Positions 8,987 through 18,815 of a stretch of 32,000 nt of DNA are shown in pieces. Source of the DNA: Trichodesmium erythraeum IMS101 (GTDB lineage Bacteria; Cyanobacteriota; Cyanobacteriia; Cyanobacteriales; Microcoleaceae). Below the pieces are notes generated by a model, which saw only the letters and a list, made by a program, of their open reading frames with translations, made no database searches and had not been told where the DNA came from. Made by a program: the position numbers and the translations under genes. The stretch spans positions 5,940,001 through 5,972,000 of the forward strand of contig NC_008312.1 in NCBI RefSeq assembly GCF_000014265.1, written 5' to 3'. The first letter of the stretch is position 1. Each line of letters opens with the position of its first letter.

Positions 8987-9118
8987 ACTTTATTTTTTCC
9001 TTCTCAGTTAAATGTTGGGTATTTAGTAAATTTATTATTATCAGGCCTCACCCTCAACAGTGAGGTTGAAATTAAATAGTTCAGCATCCAACAGTTCAAC
9101 AGCTTAGTAGTAGAATAT

Positions 9119-9421
9119 TCAACGATATTCGTCTTTTTTACCGTAGATCATGCGATTGTCCACAGTTATCGTGTCAATAATAGCTACTACTCTAGCATCT
9201 ACAGGAAGTTTTTCACTCCCTGGTATTTCACGAGCTGCTCCACCACGGCTAACCAAAACCCATTCATTGATTCCGGCACCGACATTATCGGCTGCTACTT
9301 CATACTTTGGTAGTAGATGGCCTTCTTCATCTATGAATTGCAGCAGAAGTAATTTTGTTCCTTTTAAGTTAGGCTCTTTCTGAGTGCTGACAACGGTACC
9401 ACGAACTTTGGCAATTTGCAT
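9119..9421 (-). CDS. ccmL: Carboxysome vertex (pentamer) protein CcmL (EutN/CcmL family)
   Basis: 100 aa, starting MQIAKVRGTVVSTQKEPNLKGTKLLLLQ... with a later ...VDARVVAIID segment, typical of CcmL. It sits between ccmK1 and ccmM. The plus-strand ORF 9150..9383 is a shadow. Confidence 0.9.
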   Translation of the reverse strand: MQIAKVRGTVVSTQKEPNLKGTKLLLLQFIDEEGHLLPKYEVAADNVGAGINEWVLVSRGGAAREIPGSEKLPVDARVVAIIDTITVDNRMIYGKKDEYR

Positions 9422-9439
9422 GATCTATTTGAATTACAT

Positions 9440-9467
9440 GATTTTAGATTTTAGATTTTAGATTTTT
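9440..9467. repeat. Heptanucleotide tandem repeat (GATTTTA) x4, immediately upstream of ccmL
   Basis: GATTTTA occurs at 9440, 9447 and 9454, with an imperfect copy at 9461. A second mini-array, TGAGTTA x2.5, lies at 9861-9878. Both resemble the short tandem heptamers common in filamentous cyanobacteria. Confidence 0.8.
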
Positions 9468-9948
9468 ACCTGAACAAAGTTTTTAGGTTTACCAATATTA
9501 ATGTTTGTAGATTTATTGTGTTTCATCAAATTTATATAAAACTTCACGGGTTTAGACACTTTAATCTTCACCTCCTGCTTTTACGGTAACAGTCGGCAGC
9601 ATAACCTCCACAAGCATTAACGGTTCAGCAAATCCCATTCTCACTTTTTATACTTGCATATCATCAGCAGTCTAAATATCAAATATGCAGCTACCATTGG
9701 TTAAAAAACGAATGGCATATCAATTGTATGATCAGCTTGAAGTTGTATTAGAAGATGGAAAAAATATATCCACCACACCACTAATAAATATAGTATCTGT
9801 CAGGGCGGTTAGAACATTCTCGTTCCTCTTATAATTTATTCACAGTAAGAATTTAATTTCTGAGTTATGAGTTATGACTTCAGCTATGTTTTAGAGTCTC
9901 TTTTTCAGTTCTATCTCAAATCTGTCATCCGAAATCAAATTACTTCTA

Positions 9949-10287
9949 TTATCTGTTTACTGAACGAACTGCAGTAGTACTGTCGCGGAACTGAGAAACC
10001 TCCTCAGTATAACGAATAGGCAGAACATATTCTAGGTTTTCATGAGGACGGGCAATGATATGAGTTGACATAACTTGGCCTCCATTCACCCGTCTAACGT
10101 TATCAACTCCTGCTGCTACTGAAGCTTGTACTTCTGATACATCTCCACGAATAATTACGGTTACACGACCACTACCAATTTTTTCATAGCCAACAAGAGT
10201 TACCCGTGCCGCTTTCACCATTGCATCTGCCGCTTCTACAACTGCTGGAAAGCCTAGGGTTTCTACCATTCCCACCGCAATTGACAT
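9949..10287 (-). CDS. ccmK1: Carboxysome shell hexamer protein CcmK (CcmK1-like, with C-terminal extension)
   Basis: 112 aa with a single BMC domain ([54 protein letters not shown]...). GGAG lies 8 nt upstream. Its length and second position in the cluster match the ccmK2-ccmK1 order of other beta-cyanobacteria. Confidence 0.85.
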   Translation of the reverse strand: MSIAVGMVETLGFPAVVEAADAMVKAARVTLVGYEKIGSGRVTVIIRGDVSEVQASVAAGVDNVRRVNGGQVMSTHIIARPHENLEYVLPIRYTEEVSQFRDSTTAVRSVNR

Positions 10288-10626
10288 TATCTTTACTCCA
10301 TGATATTTTTTTACAGGCTTATTTGGTTTCTAATAGTGCTAATTCACATTCTCTTCAGCCCAAATAAGCGAAAGTTCCTTCTTAGCCATAGCTCTTCGGC
10401 GAGTTAACGTTTCATCGGTTGCTGCTACCTTAACAAAGGTAGTCTTACACTTTCCTTCACGTTTCTTTAAAGTCTGGGAATTCCGTCCCGCGACTATATG
10501 TATCGCTTAGTTCAAAAGCATTAAATAATACTTTTGTTTTTGTCTCCAGGATGGATCTGCTATTGCTCTTTAATCTTTCCCTCTTGCTAGTTCAGCCTTG
10601 CTTTCACACCATAAAGGTGATATGTC

Positions 10627-10716
10627 GACTGAAACACGCACATGGAAATTTCAACCAACAATATTGTTTCAATTGTCGTCCTGGAAGGACGGGGCTTGAA
10701 TACTATTGTTTCAGTC
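10627..10716. other. 90-nt compound inverted-repeat element (candidate structured RNA or miniature IR element) in the ccmK2-ccmK1 spacer
   Basis: The outer 10-bp perfect stem is GACTGAAACA (10627-10636) / TGTTTCAGTC (10707-10716). It encloses a 12-bp palindrome AACAATATTGTT and a CGTCC-tggaa-GGACG hairpin. The overlapping track ORF 10551..10757 has no support. Confidence 0.35.
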
Positions 10717-11159
10717 AATATTATAGATTTTTCCAATGCTTTTGGATTTTTTTCTAGCCTTAACTATAAACAAACAATATAAGGAAGGTTTCCCAACTTT
10801 ATGGATATAGATTTCTACTAAGTTAGTTGTTTACAAAGGCGTACTAATTTTTACTGAGCTTTCAGAATTAGAAGCTAGTTTTAAGTACTAGTGATTCACT
10901 TGTTTTAAGCTAATGGTTTTTTTTAATCACAGCTACTTTTAATATTAAATATATAGCATTGACAGTCTTCAAACTCTACCCAAACATTAAATTTTCTCAA
11001 GTCAAACATTTTTTCCAAAAAGCAATAACGTTTTGACTGACAAAATTTGTTTAACTGTAGAGTTTAAATAATCTATTCCTGGTTCTCCAAACAAAATCTT
11101 CCTCAATAGAGGTTTAGGCTAAAAATTTAAAGTAAGCTCGAGTGCTTCCAATAATTAGG

Positions 11160-11471
11160 TTAATAAGTTCGGAACTGCTCTACCTCTTCGGTATATCGAA
11201 TTGGCAAGACATACTCTAAGTTTTCGTGGGGACGAGCAATAATATGAGTTGATACTACCTCACCACCATCAACTCTTTTAGCTGACTCTATTCCCGCTGC
11301 GACAGAAGCTTGTACTTCCGAAACATCTCCTCGGACAATTACTGTTACACGAGCACTACCTATTTTTTCATAACCTACTAGGGTAACTCTAGCTGCTTTC
11401 ACCATAGCATCAGCAGCTTCTACTACTGCTGGAAAGCCTCTAGTTTCAATCATTCCCACAGCAATTGGCAT
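11160..11471 (-). CDS. ccmK2: Carboxysome shell hexamer protein CcmK (CcmK2-like), first gene of the cluster
   Basis: 103 aa with a single BMC domain ([54 protein letters not shown]...). An AGGAGA RBS lies upstream. Confidence 0.88.
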   Translation of the reverse strand: MPIAVGMIETRGFPAVVEAADAMVKAARVTLVGYEKIGSARVTVIVRGDVSEVQASVAAGIESAKRVDGGEVVSTHIIARPHENLEYVLPIRYTEEVEQFRTY

Positions 11472-11861
11472 TCTTTTCTCTCCTATTGACAGAAGTTAAC
11501 TTAAGCATTGAGGCCATTATTGTCTCTAGATAGGTTTGAAGAAAATTCTCATTTTGACAATCAAAATCTATCAAATGCTATACTTTCAGCATAGAGAAAC
11601 ATGGCATCATTGACAACATCAACTATTATCATAATTCATAATCGCAGCTATTGATAAAAATAAATTTTCTCAGAGAGTGAATCTTTGGACTTAATTATAA
11701 ATTTAGAGCTCCTTGACTTCTAGCTGAAAAATCCCAAATTTTTTTTATTACTTTTATAGCTATACCTTAACTTTCATTTGAAAAAAAATAAGTATATGTG
11801 CTTATGATAATATTTCAAAGCTATATCAATAGTATGTATATGTTTATTCTTAAATGGGAAA

Positions 11862-12590
11862 GTTGACATTCTCTCCACCTTAAAAGGAAGGAGATTTCTC
11901 CTACTACATTACTGTAAGATTTTCCTATTTCATTGAATCAGTTGACTTCTAGGAGTGTCCTCCCCTCAAACAGAGGTTAGTATTTCTAGAGGTGTTACTT
12001 TTCCAGTGTCCCAGAATAGTTGGTAGTTCTCTTAACACTAATAGAAGTATATTAATTACTGCATTGAATGTCCCTGTTTATTTGATAAACACAATTAGGA
12101 AATCTATGTATCCTAGAACTTAGTGTTTTGACAAAAGTTTTATAATAACTTGGGCAATTTTGAGAAGTATATGCAGATTCTACAGCCACTAAAGGAACTC
12201 TATAAACACTTCCAAAATACTCCAACCATTCTCTCGACTTATACCATGCTGTATCTAGACTATGAATTTGGCCAGTTTATAGCTTTTAACTATGTTGCTC
12301 ACTTTCAAGTTTTTAACCAATGAAGTACTGAGGCTTTATGAAGTGTTGTGGCATCTTAAGATGCTTTGTGCCTAATTTATATCATGGCTTTTCTTATATT
12401 TTCATTACCTTTTTCAGTACGAGATCAACAATGCTGTAGTTTTTTGATTTTTTTGCCTTTTTTCTCACAAAAATCTAGGATGATTTACTTTTTCATCGTT
12501 AAAATCTGTATAAAAATGATTTTAACCAACATCTAAACCTACATACTTTCTCTGGGGAGTTTACTTTCTTCTCTAGTATAGTTTTGATAG
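11862..12590 (-). pseudogene. 5'-truncated TnpB (IS200/IS605 OrfB) relic with an omega-RNA-like 3' hairpin module, filling most of the ccmK2 / ndhF divergent spacer
   Basis: Minus-strand translation with stops and frameshifts gives TnpB-like segments in order. First, GLDVGLKSFLYTDFNDEKVNHPRFL (compare VGIDLGLK...). Then SILRCHNTS..SLSTSLVKN.LKVSNIVKSYKLAKFIV (compare RLH.KI...HK.S..LV...I.vEdL.v..M.kn..LAk.I.D). Then YKSREWLEYFGSVYRVPLVAVESAYTSQNCPS...SSRIHRFPNCVYQINRDIQCSN (compare TSQxCSxCG...RxHxCxxCG...DRDxNAAxN). The 3' end reads GAAATCTCCTTCCTTTTAAGGTGGAGAGAATGTCAAC. Confidence 0.6.
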
Positions 12591-12628
12591 TTATTAGAGC
12601 CAATTTATTTTATTGATTAAAAAATATA

Positions 12629-14473
12629 ATGATTGAATTTCTCACTGAACACTTTTGGTGGATACCTTTTTATGGTTTAGTTGGAGCCATTTCGACTTTG
12701 CCATGGTCAACAGGAATTATCCAGCTAACTGGGCCCAGGCCTGCAGCTTATTTTAATTTGTTTATGACTTTATTGGCCTTAATTCATAGTTCTATTGTCT
12801 ATAAAGCTTTATGGAATCAAGAACCACAAGAAATAATATTCAACTGGCTAGAAACTGCAGATCTGAACCTATCCTTTGCCTTCAATGTATCGTCAGTAAC
12901 TATTGGGGCCATAGATGTTGTGACAGCTCTCAGTTTATTGACCCAAGTTTATGCTTTGGGATATCTAGAAAAAGATTGGGCATTGGCTAGGTTTTTTTGT
13001 CTAATGGGATTTTTTGAAGCGGCAATAAGTGGCTTGACAATCAGCAATTCTTTGTTTGTTTCCTATGCATTACTAGAAATGCTAACTCTTTCTACATATC
13101 TATTAGTTGGTTTTTGGTATGCTCAACCTCTGGTAATAACAGCAGCTAGAGATGCTTTTTTAACCAAGCGGGTAGGAGATATTTTACTACTCATGGGGGT
13201 AGTTGCCATTTCAGCTTTGGCTGGAAGTATGAACTTTAGCGATCTATATGAGTGGGCCGAAAGAGTAGAAATTTCTCCCATAACGGCCAATTTGTTAGGC
13301 CTGGCTCTAATTGCTGGACCAATAGGTAAGTGTGCTCAATTTCCTCTACATCTATGGCTAGATGAAGCGATGGAAGGTCCCAACCCTGCTTCTATTTTGC
13401 GAAACACTGTGGTGGTTTCTATTGGAGCTTATGTATTGATCCAAATCCAGCCAATTTTAATTATTGCCCCTATAGCTTTAGATGTATTAGTGATAATTGG
13501 AACTGTAACTGCTATCGGAGCTTCTTTAGTTGCTCTGGCTCAAATCGATCTTAAGCGTACTTTATCTCATTCTACAAGTGCTTATCTCGGGTTAGTTTTC
13601 ATTGCTGTTGGTACACAATGGACATCTTTTGGCTTGTTATTACTTTTGGCACACGGTATTGCTAAAGCACTATTGTTTATGAGTGCTGGGGGCATAATAT
13701 TAACTACTAATAGTCAAGACCTCACGGAAATGGGTGGTTTATGGTCCCGAATGCCTGCAACTACTACTTCTTTTTTGGTGGGAACTGCTGGTTTAGTAGG
13801 GTTGTTACCTTTGGGTGGTTTTTGGGCATTGCGAGAAGGGTTGGATGTTTTTTGGATTATCGATCCTTGGGTAGTACCTGTTTTGTTGTTTGTTAATTTC
13901 TTGAGTGCTTTAAACTTAACTCGTGTTTTCCGTTTGGTATTCTTAGGTGAGCCTCAACCTAAAACTAGGCGAGCGCCAGAAGTTCCTTGGTCTATGGCTG
14001 TGCCGATGGTATCTTTAATTATTCTTACTCTGTTAACTCCAATTATGATGCAACGGTTATCACTTTTGCCTGATCAGGGTTATCTGAATTTGTATGTTGT
14101 GATTTTATTGGTGAGCTCTGGTTTGTTTGGTGTTGTTATTGGTAGCAAGATAGATTTAGGTAGAACTTGGTCTCGATCTATACAAGTTCCTTTGCGTTTT
14201 GTTCAAGATTTGCTTGCTTATGATTTTTATGTCGATCGCTTTTATGATCAAACTATAGTTCTTGCGGTTAGTCAACTCTCAAAGTTAAATGCTTGGTGTG
14301 ATCGTTATATTGTTGATGGAGTGGTTAATTTGGTTGGTTTGGCGACTATTTTTAGCGGGCAAGGTTTGAAGTACGGGGTATCTGGTAAAGGTCAATCTTA
14401 TATTGCCACTATTTTGCTCGGAATTAGTGTATTGGGAATTTTGTTGCTTTGGTTTATTAATTTCAGGTTTTAA
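12629..14473 (+). CDS. ndhF: NAD(P)H-quinone oxidoreductase subunit F, CO2-uptake type (NdhF3/NdhF4 class; NuoL/ND5 family)
   Basis: 614 aa, polytopic membrane protein. NuoL/NdhF motifs are present: GPRPAAYFNL, KRVGDILLLMG, KCAQFPLHLWLDEAMEGPNPAS, LSHSTSAYLGLVF, AHGIAKALLFMSAG. The ~610-aa length and the divergent position next to ccm genes fit the specialised NdhF3/F4 paralogs rather than the ~680-aa NdhF1. Confidence 0.85.
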   Translation: MIEFLTEHFWWIPFYGLVGAISTLPWSTGIIQLTGPRPAAYFNLFMTLLALIHSSIVYKALWNQEPQEIIFNWLETADLNLSFAFNVSSVTIGAIDVVTALSLLTQVYALGYLEKDWALARFFCLMGFFEAAISGLTISNSLFVSYALLEMLTLSTYLLVGFWYAQPLVITAARDAFLTKRVGDILLLMGVVAISALAGSMNFSDLYEWAERVEISPITANLLGLALIAGPIGKCAQFPLHLWLDEAMEGPNPASILRNTVVVSIGAYVLIQIQPILIIAPIALDVLVIIGTVTAIGASLVALAQIDLKRTLSHSTSAYLGLVFIAVGTQWTSFGLLLLLAHGIAKALLFMSAGGIILTTNSQDLTEMGGLWSRMPATTTSFLVGTAGLVGLLPLGGFWALREGLDVFWIIDPWVVPVLLFVNFLSALNLTRVFRLVFLGEPQPKTRRAPEVPWSMAVPMVSLIILTLLTPIMMQRLSLLPDQGYLNLYVVILLVSSGLFGVVIGSKIDLGRTWSRSIQVPLRFVQDLLAYDFYVDRFYDQTIVLAVSQLSKLNAWCDRYIVDGVVNLVGLATIFSGQGLKYGVSGKGQSYIATILLGISVLGILLLWFINFRF

Positions 14474-14481
14474 ACTTGATC

Positions 14482-14652
14482 AGGGCTTACACACCTATAC
14501 AATAAACTTGGTTGATTTTTCTGATTATTGTTTTTGACATCACCAGGACTTGGACAAAATATAAAATCACACACCACCTGTAGGGGTATTTCATGTTGCG
14601 AAGCACCCCACAACAGGTCACATAAGAGTAATGGTGATTCTGCGTAAGTCCT
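14482..14652. mobile_element. MITE-like element with imperfect 12-bp terminal inverted repeats AGGRCTTACRCA
   Basis: The left end AGGGCTTACACA (14482-14493) matches the reverse complement of TGCGTAAGTCCT (14641-14652), which is AGGACTTACGCA. An internal hairpin reads CCTGTAGGGGT...ACCCCACAACAGG. The element is 171 bp, non-coding, and starts 9 bp after the ndhF stop. Confidence 0.5.
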
Positions 14653-14696
14653 AGCTATTTCAGATGAAATCCGATTATATAGTTATCTATAGCATT

Positions 14697-14744
14697 AAAA
14701 GAAGACCCACGCTTATAAAAAAAATTTGTGTAGGGTCTTCTTTT
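14697..14744. terminator. 12-bp inverted repeat, candidate bidirectional terminator downstream of ndhF
   Basis: AAAAGAAGACCC (14697-14708) pairs with GGGTCTTCTTTT (14733-14744) around a 24-nt A-rich loop. The T-run is part of and follows the 3' arm. The large loop and low-GC stem keep confidence modest. Confidence 0.35.
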
Positions 14745-14947
14745 GTGGCTTGGTTTAATTCTTACTTTCTTTTGCTTTGATTGAATCCTTCCTTTTTTTT
14801 CTTACTTCCTTCCCCTTAGAAAATTACCTATTATTTAATAATATATATTACATGATAAATAATAAGGGATGAATCATGATTAAATCTTTAGGGAATAGAA
14901 CTTTTAGGTTAGGCGATCGCCAATTATATTTAGAATTGTGGTCATAA

Positions 14948-15960
14948 TTGTACTACAAGTTTCAAAAAGAATATTTAAGGAAAAGATTATTGGCAATTAA
15001 ATACTTGTATGAAGGAAAAACTAGAACAGAAGTATCAGATTTATTAGATTGTCATTATCAAACTTTATCTACTTGGATAGATAAATTTTTAGAAGGAGGG
15101 TTAAAGAATTTAATACAACTAATCACTCACCAAGTATCATCAAGATTAAATATAAAACAGAATCAAACAGAAACAGGAATTAAAAAGAATGATACTGGAA
15201 GAATTGCCCAGAGATTATGTGGTAGATAGAAACAAATGGAGCTGGTAAAATTATTAGTAATGTTATTGAATTAAGATGGGGAGTAAAACTGAAAACAACA
15301 AGAATATATGAAATTTTAAATGAATTAAATTTATCAGCTCAAAAAGCCCATAGAAATTATGCTAATACCAGCCAAGAACAGCAAAAAACATTTATTTTAA
15401 GTCTAAAAAAAATTGGCATCTAAAAAAGAGAAAGAAAAAATAGTATTTTTTGTGGATGGGCAGAAAACAATACAGCTCCCGAAGTACTGAGTAATGAGAA
15501 GGGAGGTAGAAATAAATTGAATAAAATGATTTTAGTTGATGCCTTTACAGCTCAAGAGTATTTAAAATTAAAAGAAAAATCTAAAACAGAGGACGTTTCG
15601 GATTATTTTTTACAATGAGCTCAAGATTTTTTAACAGAAGGATTTGATAAGTTGACTATTATTTTAGATTAGGACTCGACAGATAAAAATAAAATGAAAT
15701 CTCAATTAAAGTTTCATCTCATTAATGCTCAAATATTCAGATAAAATTCTTGTAGATTTTATTCATACTCTAACATATTCTCCTAATTTTAATTGAGTTG
15801 AATATATTATTCATCTTTTAAGACTTAAACTGTTGTATAACCTTTCCTGGGATGTAAATATTCAACAAGTTTAAGATAAATTAGAAAAATTTTTCCAATT
15901 TAATCAACTTCAGACACCTTAACAAATCCAAAATATAATTCGGCATATTTGTGTACTTTT
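14948..15960 (+). pseudogene. IS630-family transposase pseudogene (multiple stops, frameshifts, internal deletion)
   Basis: The N-terminal HTH segment is intact (KEYLRKRLLAIKYLYEGKTRTEVSDLLDCHYQTLSTWIDKFLEGGLKNL). Downstream come broken IS630-like segments: WGVKLKTTRIYEILNELNLSAQKAHRNY, KEKIVFF, EGFDKLTIILD, IQNIIRHI. The track shows only the 93-aa head. Confidence 0.65.
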
Positions 15961-16524
15961 AGCATAGCTAGATTAAAGTATAAATAACTACCAATAATTG
16001 TTCTGATAAATATTCTTTTTGGGGTTTGTATTATAGTTTTTGCCGTAACTCAGTGTCTAAGATAGCGATCATTGAACCATTCTATCGGATAAAGGTTTTA
16101 TCGTTTTGATGCTATAATTGACTTTTGTAATATTTATACTACACAATAGGCAATCTTCTAGGGGGAAATAAGCAAATATATTGTTAAAGCGATCGCACTA
16201 CCGATGAAAACAAGAGGGTATGACCACTGAAGTTGTTTCTTTCATTGGACTTTTCCCTGGGAGTAATTAACGTAAAATGGTTATAAACTATATATTATAA
16301 CCTTTTTTTTTACTATTTTTTCACTAAAGTCTTGTTAAAACAAGAATACTTTTGTTGAGATTCTATACTGAATAAAAGTAGTTACTCACCCCTTTGTTAA
16401 GAACATACCCCTATGAGGGGATAAAGGGGAGGGCTTTTTCATTCTCAGCGATCGCAAAAAAAATAAAAGCGCTTTTTTTTTATTTTATTAAAAAAGAGCA
16501 TTTAACTTTTATTTTAAATATATT

Positions 16525-17215
16525 ATGATTAATACTCTACTTGAGAGGTTTAAAAAAGTCAAAGACTTACGCCCAAATTAGGGTAAAATAAATGAAATTT
16601 TGGTAGTACTAAGCATAATATTATTAAGTATTTTAACCGAAAATTGTAGTTATAGACAAATATAAATGTTTAGTAATAACAATCAGGAGCAACTAATAAA
16701 TATATTAAATATACCCTCAAAAAAATTACCTTCATATAGTACAATATTGAAAGTAAAAATGATTATTTGATTACAGTAAAAGCCAACCAAATCAAGTTAT
16801 TTAATCACTTAAAATACTTAGCAAAAGTAGAGGATCCTATATATATCAAGAAATAAACAAAAGTCATGGACGCCAAATAAGTGGGAAAAATTAGTGTATT
16901 TAAAGCCGAAAATATTAAACAAAAAAAATATCCTCATATTCAAAGTTTTATAAAGGTAGAGAGAACAGGACTAAGAGGAAAAAAAATTCTGAATAAACTT
17001 TGTCTTATATTAGTAGTAAAGTATGACGATCAAAAAAAATTGCAGCAAAAATTAGAGGAGATTGGTTAATAGGAAATCAAGCACATTGGGTAAAAGATTT
17101 GATTTTTAATGAAGATAAATCAAAGATAAAAGAACTACAAGCAGCTCGAAATATTTCACTTTTGTGCACAATAATTATGAATGTTTACCGAAGTTTTGGT
17201 TTTCACTCAATAAAA
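16525..17215 (+). pseudogene. ISAs1-family transposase pseudogene (heavily deleted, many stops)
   Basis: Recognisable fragments: MINTLLERFKKVKDLRPN*GKINEILVVLSIILLSIL (compare the L..F..I.DPR...K.H.L..IL head); ITVKANQIKLFNHLKYL (compare the ALKGNQ segment); GNQAHWVKDLIFNEDKSKIKELQAARNISLLCTIIMNVYR (compare HWGIEN..HWVLDV.F.ED.SR.R tail). The track ORF 16881..17069 lies inside this relic. Confidence 0.55.
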
Positions 17216-17839
17216 TAAGGAATATATTGGTTAGGAAATAATTGGAATAAAATTTTAAAATTGTCTGTTTAAATAGACAATAAAAATATATTTTTAGTAA
17301 ACAAAATCGGATAAAAAATAATAATAATAAAACGACAAGAACTTATCTAAAAAAAAATTAAATTAAGTTTTTTATTTTTGAGATAAAAAAAATTATTTCC
17401 CGGAAAAATTAGAATTAATTAAATTAGAACTGAGCAATATTAGGGAGGAAAAAACATAACTTTTCTCCAAAAATTGACTACTAATTTTGGAGAATGAAAA
17501 AGCTCCCAGATAAAGGGGGATTGACTTTTGACTTATATTGTTATATTAAATTTTATTCCACAATAATGTAGGTTAAATAGATTCATTGGGTCCGAATGCC
17601 TAAAGAGCATCAAGTAATTCAAGGTATAGGAGTAGTTAACCATGTTTATTTTTACCATTCAGTGAACAGTTTTGGTTATGAGATTATAGAGTTTATGATC
17701 CAGATACTGACAAAAAAACTAAAATAGATTATGTTGAGGAAATAATTTTTCATACTGTAAACCATAAAAAAATAGGTAGTGCATCAAGAAAGCGTGGGAA
17801 TGGTAATATAATTGTTTTACTTAAATACTTTCTATTATC

Positions 17840-18686
17840 ATGGAATGTCCTATATGTGGCCATCGGAAAACTCATAAACATGGAAAAATCAGTAATCTTG
17901 TCAACGATATTATTCTCCTGAATACCTACAAACTTTCACCGATACTTTTGACACTTTCTACTACCATAGAACAATTCAACCTGAACAAATGCCCATGGTT
18001 TTAGAGGCTCACGTTGAGGGCAGTAGTTTAAGAGTGATTAGTCCAACAGTGAATTTGGCCGATAATACAGTAATTAGTTTGGTGAGAGCTGCCTGTGAAA
18101 AAGGACAAATGATTCATAATGCTCATCTCCAGAATATCAATACCTCACAAATGAGCAGTGATGAGTTTTGGTCACTCATCCAAAAAAAACAAAAACAGTG
18201 CCAGTATCAGGAATTGACAGAAGGAGATTCTTGGGTTGGCAAGCCCCTAGGCTTCATCCAGTAGATTAATTCTGAGTGGTAGAGTAAGTAAACATACTGA
18301 CCAGTTCATTGAGGAATTGGTCGTCAAGACAGAAGGGAAAACTAGCTGTCAAAAATGGCTAACTGATGATGGGGGAGGGTATGAACGAGTATTGCCCTGT
18401 AATAGAACAAATTATTGGTAAAAATCATTGCCCTGTAATTGGAACTCACAAATGGAATTATCAGACAGCAGCTCGGTCGATGGCATCGCCGACAGAATAA
18501 GTTTGCCAAGCTCTGGCAACCAACTGAGGTAACAGTGAGGTTGGCGAGGGCCTACTTTAATTAGATTTGGGTTCATAGTCGCAAAGAAAATACTGCTGTG
18601 CAAAGAGCTGAGGAACGCGATCGCTCCTGGGAGTTAGAACGACTTAATTACTTATCCCACACTTTACTAACGCACTACACTATTAG
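17840..18686 (+). pseudogene. IS1-family transposase pseudogene
   Basis: A zinc-finger head is present (MECPICGHRKTHKHGK), followed by SDEFWSLIQKKQKQC (compare DEMWSFV.KK.K) and TDDGGGYERVLP (compare TDxWxxY). It is interrupted by stops and frameshifts. Track ORFs 17989..18264 (+) and 18412..18603 (-) fall inside it. Confidence 0.55.
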
Positions 18687-18815
18687 GCTTAAAGGTTGAA
18701 AGTATTATAGAAATTAGCTGACAGCATTTATAGTTGTTTTGAGAAAGTTTCTAACCTTAAGATATCTGTCAGCCAAAGCTCACAATAGCTCTTCCCAGAA
18801 CTTCCCACTGTCTGG
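18686..18815 (+). repeat. Dispersed ~130-nt repeat, copy 1
   Basis: GGCTTAAAGGTTGAAAGTATTATAGAAATTAGCTGACAGCATTTATAGTTGTTTTGAGAAAGTTTCTAACCTTAAGATATCTGTCAGCC...CTTCCCACTGTCTGG. About 80% identical to copy 2 over the full length. The 8-bp arms GCTGACAG/CTGTCAGC flank the conserved core. Confidence 0.85.

Noticed and set aside
9685-9834. 49-codon plus-strand ORF (MQLPLVKKRMAYQLYDQLEVVLEDGKNISTTPLINIVSVRAVRTFSFLL) antisense to the ccm cluster in the ccmL-ccmK1 spacer
   Set aside because: It has no RBS and no recognisable family, and its length is within chance expectation for this composition. It is worth a look only if ribosome profiling or conservation supports it.
12351-12364. Perfect 14-bp palindrome GCATCTTAAGATGC about 265 bp upstream of ndhF, as a possible regulator (CcmR/NdhR-type) operator
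   Set aside because: It falls inside the TnpB relic coding remnant (SILRCH segment) and does not match the T-N11-A LysR pattern. It is more likely incidental.
12629-14473. Assigning the ndhF paralog precisely (ndhF3 versus ndhF4)
   Set aside because: The length (614 aa) and context exclude NdhF1. I cannot discriminate F3 from F4 by eye without a phylogeny, and the partner genes that would decide it (ndhD3/cupA versus ndhD4/cupB) are absent from the window.
16380-16480. Nested G/C hairpin (CCCCTT..CCCCT-atg-AGGGG..AAGGGG) and A/T palindrome around AAAAGCGCTTTT upstream of the ISAs1 relic, as possible ncRNA or terminator
   Set aside because: It lies within the IS graveyard and is most simply explained as an IS terminal or subterminal structure. 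There is no adjacent intact gene to regulate.
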